64,000 bases of DNA from Myxococcales bacterium. GTDB lineage: Bacteria > Myxococcota_A > Polyangia > Polyangiales > Houyiibacteriaceae. Below the pieces are notes generated by a model. The model was not told where the DNA came from, made no database searches, and was given only the letters and a program-made list of their open reading frames with translations. Of the stretch, positions 22,556 through 30,848 are shown one piece after another. A program made the position numbers and the translations under genes. The DNA is taken from assembly GCA_029863605.1 (NCBI GenBank), contig JAOTVB010000003.1, positions 20,333 to 84,332 of the forward strand, written 5' to 3'. Every line of letters starts with the position of its first letter. The first letter of the stretch is position 1.

Positions 22556-23908
22556 ATGGAACAATTGTGGGAACGGACACTTGGCAGTCTGAAGTCGCAT
22601 CTCTCCTCGGAGAACTTCGAAACCTGGCTCCAACCCGTTCAGTTTGGCGGGGTCGAGCCGGATTCCATCGTTCTACGCATCCCGAACCAGTTCTTCGCAG
22701 ATTGGATATCGGCGCACTACCTCGATCTCATTTTCGACACGCTCGATCGTGAGGCAGGCGACTCGAACGTACCGAAGAAGGTCCGCTGGGAGCTGGACGA
22801 AACCCTGCGTGAAAAAGCACAAGCTGCGCGAGAGTCGACAAAACGCCCTCCGCCGAGGGCGACTCCTCGTGAGCCGTCGGTCTTTTCAGACCTCAATCCA
22901 AAGTATCGCTTCAAGAATTTCGTGGTGGGGCCCGCAAATCAGCTTGCACACGCCGCAAGCGTCGCGGTCGGCTCCGATCCCGGTTCTCGCTACAACCCGC
23001 TTTTCATCTACGGCGGGGTTGGGCTCGGCAAGACCCATTTGGTCAACGCGATCGGTCATACCATCCTCCAACGCAATCCCCGCGCCCGCATCCGCTACGT
23101 TTCGGCTGAGCGCTTTACCAACGAGTTCATCTGGTCACTACAGAATCACGAGATCAGCGCGTTTCGAGACCGTTATCGCTCGCAGTGCGACGTCTTGTTG
23201 ATGGATGACATCCAGTTCCTCGCAGGGCGTGAGCAAACTCAAGAAGAGTTCTTTCATACCTTCAACGCCCTCTATCACTCGGACAAGCAGATCGTCGTCA
23301 CCTCCGACGTCTACCCCCAACAGATCTCGGAGATGCAGGAACGCCTGGTCAGTCGCTTTCAGTCCGGGATGGTCGCCGACGTGCAGGTTCCCGAGCTCGA
23401 CACTCGAATTGCGATCCTGCAAAAGAAGGCGGAGACCGAAGGGATCGCGCTCGTGAGCGAGGTGGCGCTTTTTTTGGCACAGATGGTTCGCAGCAACGTG
23501 CGTGAGCTCGAAGGAACACTCCTCCGGGTCGCCGTGAAGGCGGAGCTCTTGGGTCAGCCCATGGGGCTCGAGCTCGCCAAGGAAACGATGCGTCAGGTGA
23601 CTCCGAACCAAGACATGGCGACTACCGTCGAGGACATTCAACGGATCGCATGCGGGTACTTCGGTGTCCGTTTGACCGACTTGAAGTCCCGTCGCCGGCA
23701 TCGCGCCATCAGCTTTCCCCGGATGGTGTCGATGTACATTTGCCGTCAGCGTCTCGGCACCAGCTATCCTGAGCTCGGCGAGCGCTTCGGGGGAAAGGAC
23801 CACACCACGGTAATCAGCGCCGTACGCAAGATCAGCGGCTTGATCGAAGAGCAAGACGAGCGTGTCTTGAGCGCCGTGGGCGCCATCGAACGCAAGCTAG
23901 GCATCTGA
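22556..23908 (+). CDS. dnaA: Chromosomal replication initiator DnaA
   Basis: ATG at 22556 after GGGAG. MEQLWERTLGSLK.., Walker A GGVGLGKTHL, and a C-terminal DNA-binding helix (..HTTVISAVRKI..). Confidence 0.97.
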   Translation: MEQLWERTLGSLKSHLSSENFETWLQPVQFGGVEPDSIVLRIPNQFFADWISAHYLDLIFDTLDREAGDSNVPKKVRWELDETLREKAQAARESTKRPPPRATPREPSVFSDLNPKYRFKNFVVGPANQLAHAASVAVGSDPGSRYNPLFIYGGVGLGKTHLVNAIGHTILQRNPRARIRYVSAERFTNEFIWSLQNHEISAFRDRYRSQCDVLLMDDIQFLAGREQTQEEFFHTFNALYHSDKQIVVTSDVYPQQISEMQERLVSRFQSGMVADVQVPELDTRIAILQKKAETEGIALVSEVALFLAQMVRSNVRELEGTLLRVAVKAELLGQPMGLELAKETMRQVTPNQDMATTVEDIQRIACGYFGVRLTDLKSRRRHRAISFPRMVSMYICRQRLGTSYPELGERFGGKDHTTVISAVRKISGLIEEQDERVLSAVGAIERKLGI

Positions 23909-24044
23909 GAGCCGAAGGTGCTGAACCCGCTTTCTCAGGGCTCTCCTGCGCGGTTCTCCTGCGCCTAGCAGGCCGGGCCTTTCGCACACTTTTGGTGTAT
24001 ACCCGCCCCTGTGCGCGAAGTGCGATCAAGCTGGGGAACGCACC

Positions 24045-24053
24045 TGTGGATGA
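24045..24053 (-). promoter_or_regulatory. DnaA-box-like 9-mer (TCATCCACA)
   Basis: 8/9 match to TTATCCACA, read directly. Confidence 0.35.
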
Positions 24054-24204
24054 TGCGGGGTTCGATCAATCCCCACTTAGCGCACGATCAACCACGTCAC
24101 CAAAGTTCGCTCAAACCTTAGTTCTTCCGCTTGGTTACATTGCTTCATTCACAATTCACAGCTGTTAAGACGACGACGAGATCTTTAAATTAAGGATCCT
24201 AAGC

Positions 24205-24213
24205 AGTGGATAA
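24205..24213 (-). promoter_or_regulatory. DnaA-box-like 9-mer (TTATCCACT)
   Basis: 8/9 match to TTATCCACA, next to the AT-rich stretch at 24179-24203. Confidence 0.4.
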
Positions 24214-24253
24214 ACAGACAACGCCTTTCATTGGAGTCATGGAGTAACCCAAC

Positions 24254-25399
24254 ATGGAGCTTACGATCGAGAAGCAACAGTTCCTCCGTGGTCTCGCACG
24301 CACACACGGAGTCGCGGATCGCAAAAGCTCGATGCACATCCTGTCGAACGTGTTGCTGTCGGCAGAAGGGAACGACACCCTTCGGCTTTCTGCCACGGAT
24401 CTCTATCTTGGAGTCACCGCGGTCGTTTCTGCGAAGATCAAAGAGGGTGGCACCATAGCCGTGTCGGCTCGCACCCTATTTGACATCGTCAAGAATCTTC
24501 CTGACGGCGAAGTGAGCTGGAAGCTGAGTGACAGTCATGCGGTAGAGCTGAGCTGTGGAAAGGTGCGTTACCGAATTCCTGCGATGCCCGGCGAAGATTT
24601 CCCTCCTCTGCCCAATGCTGGCGACGCCGACTTGGTCGAGCTCGACGCTTCCGTCCTGGCGGATCTGATCGCGCTCACGCAATACTCGATGTCTCACGAT
24701 GACACCCGTCCGCATTTAGCGGGAACTTTGTTCGAGTGCGATGGAAAGGTCGTCCGTATGGTGACGACCGATGGTCACCGGCTATCGAAAGCCGAGCGCA
24801 AGGTTCCTGGAAAAGGCCCCAAAGGCAAGATGAAGAGTTTCAGCATGCTCGTGCCCCACAGAGGCATATCCGAGCTCAAGCGTCTTCTCGAAGACGTCAA
24901 AGCCACAAAGGGTAAGGGCGATGCGGAGACGACCATCGAGATTGCAACCGCAGGGGGTAATGCGTTCTTTCAACGCGACGACCTCTCCCTGAGCGTGAAG
25001 CTGGCAGACGAGCATTTCCCACCGTATGAGAAGGTGATCCCAAGCAAGCAGAGCCGAACGGTGATCGCTGCCCGGGGCCCCTTGGTCGAAGCGCTCCGCC
25101 GGATCAGCCTCGTCGCCAACGACAAGAGTGGCGGCGTGCAGCTGATAATCGAGCCTGGCACCCTGCGGTTGCAGAGCCAAAATCCCGACGTGGGCGAGGG
25201 CAGCGAAGAGGTAGACGTGGATTACGCGGGCGATGATCTACGGATCGGGTTCAACGCAAGGTATCTCCTCGATGCCCTCGGTGCGCTTCCCTACGACGAG
25301 ATCGCCTTGGAGCTCAGTGGGGAGCGTGACCCCGGGGTGCTCAAGCCGGTCGGAAACGGATCAGAGTTCATCGGCGTCATCATGCCTATGCGCATTTAG
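24254..25399 (+). CDS. dnaN: DNA polymerase III beta sliding clamp
   Basis: 381 aa with clamp-like three-domain repeats, directly downstream of dnaA. Confidence 0.97.
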   Translation: MELTIEKQQFLRGLARTHGVADRKSSMHILSNVLLSAEGNDTLRLSATDLYLGVTAVVSAKIKEGGTIAVSARTLFDIVKNLPDGEVSWKLSDSHAVELSCGKVRYRIPAMPGEDFPPLPNAGDADLVELDASVLADLIALTQYSMSHDDTRPHLAGTLFECDGKVVRMVTTDGHRLSKAERKVPGKGPKGKMKSFSMLVPHRGISELKRLLEDVKATKGKGDAETTIEIATAGGNAFFQRDDLSLSVKLADEHFPPYEKVIPSKQSRTVIAARGPLVEALRRISLVANDKSGGVQLIIEPGTLRLQSQNPDVGEGSEEVDVDYAGDDLRIGFNARYLLDALGALPYDEIALELSGERDPGVLKPVGNGSEFIGVIMPMRI

Positions 25400-25451
25400 G
25401 GCCGGGCCGTTGTCTGGTGATTCGCGCACGGTCGAAACGCCAACCCGAGTC

Positions 25452-26519
25452 GTGGTGTTGCGTGCTCGTGGGTTTCGAAACCTCGCGCCGCTGGCGTTCG
25501 AACCCGGTCCTCATTTCAACGTCATCCACGGAGACAACGGCGCCGGGAAGTCGAATCTTCTCGAGGCGATTCATTACCTCGGGGCGCTCAAGAGTTTTCG
25601 AGGTGCCAAGCGCGACGACCTGATCGGGCTCGATTCCGATACCGCCCTGCTCGACGCCACCATCTCAGGCGGCGCTGCACCTCACAAGCTTCGTGTGGAG
25701 CTCGGGAGATCCGAGCGCCGCCGCCTCCAGCTCGATCAAAAGCGACCACGCTCGAGCAGCATTTGGCATCAAACGGTCCAGATGGTGCTTTTTCATCCCG
25801 GCGACCTCATGCTTGCCGTAGGAGGTCCCGACCGGCGTCGCGCTTTTCTCGACCGGATGCTCGAGCAAATCGACCCTATCTATGGGTCGACCCTGGCAAC
25901 CTACGAGAAGGCCCTCCGGAGCCGCAACCGACTCTTGAAGGAGCCATCTGCCGAACGGCGTTCGGTACGCGCTTACGATGCCATCCTGAGCAAGGCAGGG
26001 GCCGTCGTGGGGAAGGCCAGAGCTCGATTGATCGACGACTTGGAGCCGAGGGTCACCCGCGCGTTCGCCGAGGTTTTCGGAGGTGATACTCCCCTCGGGG
26101 TTCGGTACCTGCCGCGGGTCGAGCCTACCGAGGAGGCGATCACCCAGGCGCTCGAGAGCTCGTTCGAGAAGGATTGCGCTCGAGGCTTCACGGCTGACGG
26201 TCCCCATGGTGATGACCTAGAGCTTCGACTTCACGACGTCGGCGCGCGTCATCACGGCTCTCAGGGTCAGCATCGGACGATCGTGTTGGCCCTGAAGACC
26301 GCCGAGCTCGATCTGTTGACCGAGCGCACCGGTCGGGTGCCGATCCTGCTGCTCGACGATGTGTCGAGCGAGCTCGACCGGAGCCGCAACCGGCGGTTCT
26401 TCGAAGTGCTGAGCCATGCGGGCGGGCAGGTCTTCCTGACCACCACGCATCCCGAGTTCATTTTGCTCGAAAACGACCGGGTCGACTTCCAGGTCGACGA
26501 CGGATGCGTCACTCGATGA
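25452..26519 (+). CDS. recF: DNA replication and repair protein RecF
   Basis: ..LRARGFRNL.., Walker A GDNGAGKSNLLEAI, C-terminal ..LLLDDVSSELD... Start is uncertain: GTG 25452 chosen, TTG 25410 possible. The track ORF start lies inside dnaN. Confidence 0.88.
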   Translation: MVLRARGFRNLAPLAFEPGPHFNVIHGDNGAGKSNLLEAIHYLGALKSFRGAKRDDLIGLDSDTALLDATISGGAAPHKLRVELGRSERRRLQLDQKRPRSSSIWHQTVQMVLFHPGDLMLAVGGPDRRRAFLDRMLEQIDPIYGSTLATYEKALRSRNRLLKEPSAERRSVRAYDAILSKAGAVVGKARARLIDDLEPRVTRAFAEVFGGDTPLGVRYLPRVEPTEEAITQALESSFEKDCARGFTADGPHGDDLELRLHDVGARHHGSQGQHRTIVLALKTAELDLLTERTGRVPILLLDDVSSELDRSRNRRFFEVLSHAGGQVFLTTTHPEFILLENDRVDFQVDDGCVTR

Positions 26520-27189
26520 TTTTAGCGCTCTTGATGTAATCGAGGTTCGGGAAGTTGTCCTTCAAGTAGGCGTTGCCCTGGGACTGAAGAAGCGCCTGCG
26601 ACGGGCCACGGCCCCGTGGCGCACCTTCGCCATAACCGGCGTGGAGCGCGTCGACCGTGCTCATGTCTTTCACCTTCCCAAACGGGGAGAAGCCCATCCC
26701 ATCGAGCCGCGAGTTATCGACGAAGTTGATGAAGAACTGGGTAGTTCGGGAGTTGGGGCCCGACGTAGCGAACGATACCGTCCCCCGGGTGTTGCTGCCC
26801 TTCACCGGATCGTCGGGGATCCGCTTCTCGCGCCACTCGGCATTGAGGGCCGGGTCACCACTGATGCCTACCTGCGCCATGAATCCGCCGATGACACGGA
26901 AAAACGCGACGTCGTCGTAGTAGCCATTTTGAACGAGCTCGTAGAAGCGGTCGGCGCCGTGTGGGGACCAGTCGCGGTGGACTTCAATCAAGATTGGGCC
27001 CTTCGTGGTGTCGAGCTCGGCCACGTATTGATCGGGCGCTTGGCTTGGCTTGTTGTCAGTCAGTTTGGCCTCCTCTTCTTTGCTCGGCGGTTCGGTTTCC
27101 TCGCCTGGATTCGGGGTGTTGGTCTTTTCGTTCTTGGAGCACCCGAAAACGAGCACCCCACTCAAGATCAGCAGCGCTGCGGTTCGCAT
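26509..27189 (-). CDS. Cyclophilin-type peptidyl-prolyl cis-trans isomerase, lipoprotein
   Basis: Lipobox ..VLVFGC. Cyclophilin core (..FFRVIGGFMAQ.., ..GTVSFATSGPNSRTTQFFINF..). Confidence 0.9.
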   Translation of the reverse strand: MRTAALLILSGVLVFGCSKNEKTNTPNPGEETEPPSKEEEAKLTDNKPSQAPDQYVAELDTTKGPILIEVHRDWSPHGADRFYELVQNGYYDDVAFFRVIGGFMAQVGISGDPALNAEWREKRIPDDPVKGSNTRGTVSFATSGPNSRTTQFFINFVDNSRLDGMGFSPFGKVKDMSTVDALHAGYGEGAPRGRGPSQALLQSQGNAYLKDNFPNLDYIKSAKIIE

Positions 27190-27265
27190 GGGCGTACCTT
27201 GGCAAGCCCGCTACGGCGCGCAAGGCGGTCGTTTGGATGAGCGACGAGCGTGGGTCTCGAGGGCC

Positions 27266-28360
27266 TCAGCTCTCGAAAAGCCCGCGAAGCTTCTTGAGAA
27301 AGCTCGCCTGCTCCGGAAGGCTTTCAACGCCGAATTCGTCTGCGAGCTCGGTGATGAGCCTGCGTTGGCGGCGACTCACCTCGCGCGGGACCTCTACCAC
27401 GACCGTCACGAGCTGATCGCCCTTACCATACCCCCCATACACGGAGATTCCTTTGCCACGCAAGCGGAAGACCTTCCCCGACTGGGTTCCTGGTGGCACC
27501 TTCATCACCACCGTTCCCTCGAGCGTCGGGACATCGATGCTTGCCCCGAGCACCGCTTGGGGAAACGAGATCGGGACGGACACCAAGATGTCGGCCTCTT
27601 GACGCTTGAAAAGTGCATGGTCGTGTACATGGATGTGTATGTGGAGATCCCCGTTGGCTCCCGCGACGGCCTCCCCCGCGCCCCGGACGGTTCGCACGGC
27701 ACCATCTTGAACACCTGCTGGGACCTTCACGCTCATTGTTTCGGCTCGAAGCTTGGTCCCGGTCCCTTTGCATGCTTTGCACGGCGTAGGGATGTTCGTG
27801 CCGGTGCCGCGGCACCCGTGACACGGACGCGCTGCTGCGAAGAGTCCGCGTTGATATTTCACTTGGCCGCGTCCTTGGCAGATGTTGCACTTGTGAATGG
27901 GGGTTCCGGCCTGCGCGCCACTCCCGCCACACGTCGCGCACGGAGCAGGTCGGTTGACGTCGATGTTCTTCTCGACGCCCAGCGCGGCCTCGACAAACGA
28001 AATCTCGAGGTCGTATTTGAGGTCGCGACCGCCTCTACGCTTGCGTCGAGCCCCGCTGAAGACCTCGCCGAACAGCCCCTCGAGGATCTCGCTGACGGCG
28101 CCGAAGTCGCTTGTGTCGAACCCCGGACCATCGGTCGCGAAGGCGGCGTGACCATGACGGTCGTAGCGATGGCGCTTGTCGGGGTCGCTCAGCACGGCAT
28201 AGGCCTCGCTCGCTTCTTTGAATGCGTCCTCGGCGGCGGGGTCGTCTGGATTGCGGTCCGGGTGGTATCGCATCGCGAGCGCGCGATAGGCTTGTTTGAT
28301 CTCGTCGCCGGACGCGGTCTGGCTGACTTCGAGAATCACGTAGTAATCGCGCTGAGTCAC
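27266..28360 (-). CDS. dnaJ: Molecular chaperone DnaJ
   Basis: GTG at 28360 gives VTQRDYYVILEV.. (J domain with HPD). Four CxxCxGxG zinc-finger repeats and a C-terminal substrate-binding domain. The upstream part of the 553-aa track ORF was rejected. Confidence 0.92.
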   Translation of the reverse strand: MTQRDYYVILEVSQTASGDEIKQAYRALAMRYHPDRNPDDPAAEDAFKEASEAYAVLSDPDKRHRYDRHGHAAFATDGPGFDTSDFGAVSEILEGLFGEVFSGARRKRRGGRDLKYDLEISFVEAALGVEKNIDVNRPAPCATCGGSGAQAGTPIHKCNICQGRGQVKYQRGLFAAARPCHGCRGTGTNIPTPCKACKGTGTKLRAETMSVKVPAGVQDGAVRTVRGAGEAVAGANGDLHIHIHVHDHALFKRQEADILVSVPISFPQAVLGASIDVPTLEGTVVMKVPPGTQSGKVFRLRGKGISVYGGYGKGDQLVTVVVEVPREVSRRQRRLITELADEFGVESLPEQASFLKKLRGLFES

Positions 28361-28420
28361 GGGTTTCGCAGTGTAGACGCGCCGCGGAACGGCGCAAACG
28401 GCGTGGAAGAACCCAGCCGA

Positions 28421-29332
28421 ATGTGGGAGGGGAAGAGGGTGCCAGCATTCGAGCTCGAGGTCGAAGCGGAAGATGACGGTGCGCGGCTCGATGTCGTGCT
28501 GGCGCGGCGCGCCCCCGGTCTGAGCCGAGGTCGAGTGAAGGCGCTTTTCGCACTGGGAGAGGTCCGGTTGAATGGGAGGCGCGCGAAGAAGAGCGCTTTG
28601 GTAGCAACCGGGGATCGCGTGACCCTCGAATCGCTTCCGGGCCCAGCCGACTTTCACGCGACTCCGGATCCGGCTCTCGACATCGATGTGGTCGTCGAAC
28701 GTGGGGGATACGTGGTAGTCGAAAAACCCTCCGGCGTTCCGAGTCATCCCCTTCGAGAAGGCGAGCTCGGTACGTTGGCCGGAGCTCTCGTCGCTCGTTA
28801 CCCCGAGATGCGCGGTGTCGGTTACCGCAAGCGCGAACCCGGAATCCTGCATCGCCTCGACAACGACACATCCGGGTTGATGCTTGCCGCTCGTGACCAA
28901 TCGACTTTCGAGGCGCTTCGTGAGCAACTGCAGGCGGGCGAGATCGAAAAGCGATACGTCGCTCGCTGTGCCGGAATCGTCGTCGCGCCACAGATCATCG
29001 ACGCTCCTATCGCCAACGACCCCCGCGACCGGAGAAAGGTTCGTGTCTGCCGTGACCCCCGTGAAATCAAACGGCTAGACGCTCAGCCTGCATATACGGA
29101 GATCTTGCGGAGCGAGCCGGACGAAGCTGGCTCGTGTGTCGAGGTGCGCGCCAACGATGCCCGCCGCCATCAAGTGCGTGTACATCTAGCGTCGATCGGC
29201 CATCCGCTCGTAGGCGATACGCTCTATGGTGGCCCGACCCTCCCTGGCCTCGACCGCCACTTTCTCCACGCCAGCTATCTATCCTTTACCGACCCGAAAA
29301 CGGGTGCGCGTTCTGCCATCCGAAGCCCCTGA
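28421..29332 (+). CDS. RluA-family pseudouridine synthase
   Basis: ATG at 28421. S4-like N-terminus (..RLDVVLARR..), catalytic ..HRLDNDTSGL.., and ..RHQVRVHL... This is the only coding part of the 760-aa track ORF. Confidence 0.85.
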   Translation: MWEGKRVPAFELEVEAEDDGARLDVVLARRAPGLSRGRVKALFALGEVRLNGRRAKKSALVATGDRVTLESLPGPADFHATPDPALDIDVVVERGGYVVVEKPSGVPSHPLREGELGTLAGALVARYPEMRGVGYRKREPGILHRLDNDTSGLMLAARDQSTFEALREQLQAGEIEKRYVARCAGIVVAPQIIDAPIANDPRDRRKVRVCRDPREIKRLDAQPAYTEILRSEPDEAGSCVEVRANDARRHQVRVHLASIGHPLVGDTLYGGPTLPGLDRHFLHASYLSFTDPKTGARSAIRSP

Positions 29333-29367
29333 AAGTTCGCGAGAACTCGACGGTGACCGCAACGTCG

Positions 29368-30552
29368 TCAGAAGGGGATCCGCAGGCCGGCTTGGGAGAT
29401 GACCTGATTTCCGAAGGCGTTGGTGTTCCAGCGATAGTTGAAGCTGATATCGAACTGGGCGCCCGCGATCGAGCGGTGGGCGCGGCCTTCGAGGAAAGAT
29501 CCGAGGACCAAGAACTGGATGCCGACCTCGTTGACTTGAAACGCGCTCATCTTTGGGTCGTTGGTGACGTAGCGATCCTCGAACGTGTACGCGTTGGGGT
29601 CGTTCTTGTAGAAGAACGCCGACGTCTGTTTGTAGTAGCGGTAACGAAGGCGGGTTTGGAAGTATGGAGACATCTCCTGGTAAATGCGCACCTCTGGGTT
29701 GATCGCCGAGATCGACCAGTCATCGAAGTAGGATCGATAGATCGCCTGGAGCGAAGTGCGCGAACGCGGGATGTACCAAGCGACGCGCGAGTAGAGGAGA
29801 TTGCGTAGGCGGAGGTCCGGGTGTTCTTCCGGGCGCTGTCCGCCGAGCACCGAACGATACGGATTCGCTAGAAACCCCGACTGCACCGTGAAGTCGTAGG
29901 CAACCTCGAAGATCAGCGTGGGCGTCAGAGCTTGCTCCCACCCGACCGCCATCGATACCGCATCGAGTCTTTCACCGAAATCGCTGCCGCGAGTACCGTC
30001 CTCGCCGGGCCTCATCTGCGTGCCTCCCCGGAAATTCTGGCCGATTTCGTCGTGTAAGTACGTCACCCGTCCGAGCAGCCGCGTGGCCCTGTCGGCAAGC
30101 CAAATCGACGGCTGAAAGAAGGCGCTGAACGAAAAGTAGTCCGGCTCCTTGCTGAACCGCGTGCCCCCCCACAGGTCGACCGGGTTTTCGCGATCAGAGA
30201 ATTCGTGTCCACCCTTGATCGAAACATCGTGGCGGATTTCGTTGAAGCGGGTGTCCTCGAGGGCGCCGGCCGCGATGCTTGCGCTCGTGATCGAGTCGAC
30301 GAGGTAGTCGACGCGGAGGCGGCTTCCCTGCGGCGCTTCGAGCTGCGCGATGATCTCGGGCGCCACCACCCGCGTGCTTCGATCCCAGTAGTAGTTTCCA
30401 CGAAGTTGCACGTCACCGGTCCAAGTACCGGTCACCTCGTCGGCGTGGGAGCCACCAGGAGGCAGTCCGAGGAGAGCGATCCCGGCCACCAGTAGCACCC
30501 GAACGAACGCCCAACCCGGGCACCGTCGAAGAGCCGTCAGTTGCACCCGCAA
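29368..30552 (-). CDS. DUF3570-like outer-membrane beta-barrel protein
   Basis: 394 aa with a signal peptide, beta-rich throughout, ending ..GLRIPF. Contains D-S-I-T-S-A-S at 30277-30297. Start is TTG 30552 or GTG 30546 and overlaps the upstream stop. Family call is from memory of DUF3570/DUF4266 synteny. Confidence 0.7.
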   Translation of the reverse strand: MRVQLTALRRCPGWAFVRVLLVAGIALLGLPPGGSHADEVTGTWTGDVQLRGNYYWDRSTRVVAPEIIAQLEAPQGSRLRVDYLVDSITSASIAAGALEDTRFNEIRHDVSIKGGHEFSDRENPVDLWGGTRFSKEPDYFSFSAFFQPSIWLADRATRLLGRVTYLHDEIGQNFRGGTQMRPGEDGTRGSDFGERLDAVSMAVGWEQALTPTLIFEVAYDFTVQSGFLANPYRSVLGGQRPEEHPDLRLRNLLYSRVAWYIPRSRTSLQAIYRSYFDDWSISAINPEVRIYQEMSPYFQTRLRYRYYKQTSAFFYKNDPNAYTFEDRYVTNDPKMSAFQVNEVGIQFLVLGSFLEGRAHRSIAGAQFDISFNYRWNTNAFGNQVISQAGLRIPF

Positions 30553-30848
30553 CCGCCGCCGGCGTTGCCGAGGCCCCCGGTGGCGCCCTCTCGGGCGTCG
30601 AGCACGTGCGAATAAAACTTCGCTTCGGTGGCTTCACGCTGGAAGTCCATACTCGGCCGGGACAGGTATTCGCGCTCATACGGCTTGACGGTCGCGCAGC
30701 CCCCGACCGCAAGAGCCGAAAAGACCGCAACAAGAACGCCAAGCTTGAGCGCTAGAAACCTGGGTTTTCGTCGATACCGTCGTCGGTGAGATGACGCGCG
30801 AGGGCGACGAGTGGAGTGAGGAATATGCGGGTGGTTGTTCGCAGCCAT
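30537..30848 (-). CDS. DUF4266-like small lipoprotein (C-terminal GGGCGCN)
   Basis: Lipobox ..ALAVGGC, then ATVKPYEREYLSRPSMDF..AREGATGG..GGGCGCN. The only start I could find in frame is ATG 30848, which gives a 97-nt overlap with the upstream gene. Confidence 0.7.
   Translation of the reverse strand: MAANNHPHIPHSTRRPRASSHRRRYRRKPRFLALKLGVLVAVFSALAVGGCATVKPYEREYLSRPSMDFQREATEAKFYSHVLDAREGATGGLGNAGGGCGCN

Larger units (their letters stand above)
23909..24253. other. Candidate oriC (dnaA-dnaN intergenic region)
   Basis: 345 nt non-coding and locally AT-rich (..agatctttaaattaaggatcct..). Holds two DnaA-box-like 9-mers (24045-24053, 24205-24213). Confidence 0.5.

Noticed and set aside
22284-22633. 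Small ORFs (63 and 81 aa) upstream of and overlapping the dnaA start
   Set aside because: No signals or motifs. They lie in the probable dnaA promoter or leader.
27266-28927. 553-aa version of the dnaJ ORF
   Set aside because: The J domain begins at the GTG at 28360 (VTQRDYYVILEV). The upstream 189 codons overlap the rluA-like gene in antisense and look non-coding.
27050-29332. 760-aa ORF on the plus strand
   Set aside because: Its first about 457 codons run antisense to dnaJ and have no recognisable features. Only the part from ATG 28421 (RluA-type pseudouridine synthase) is credible. This is a typical high-GC open antisense frame.
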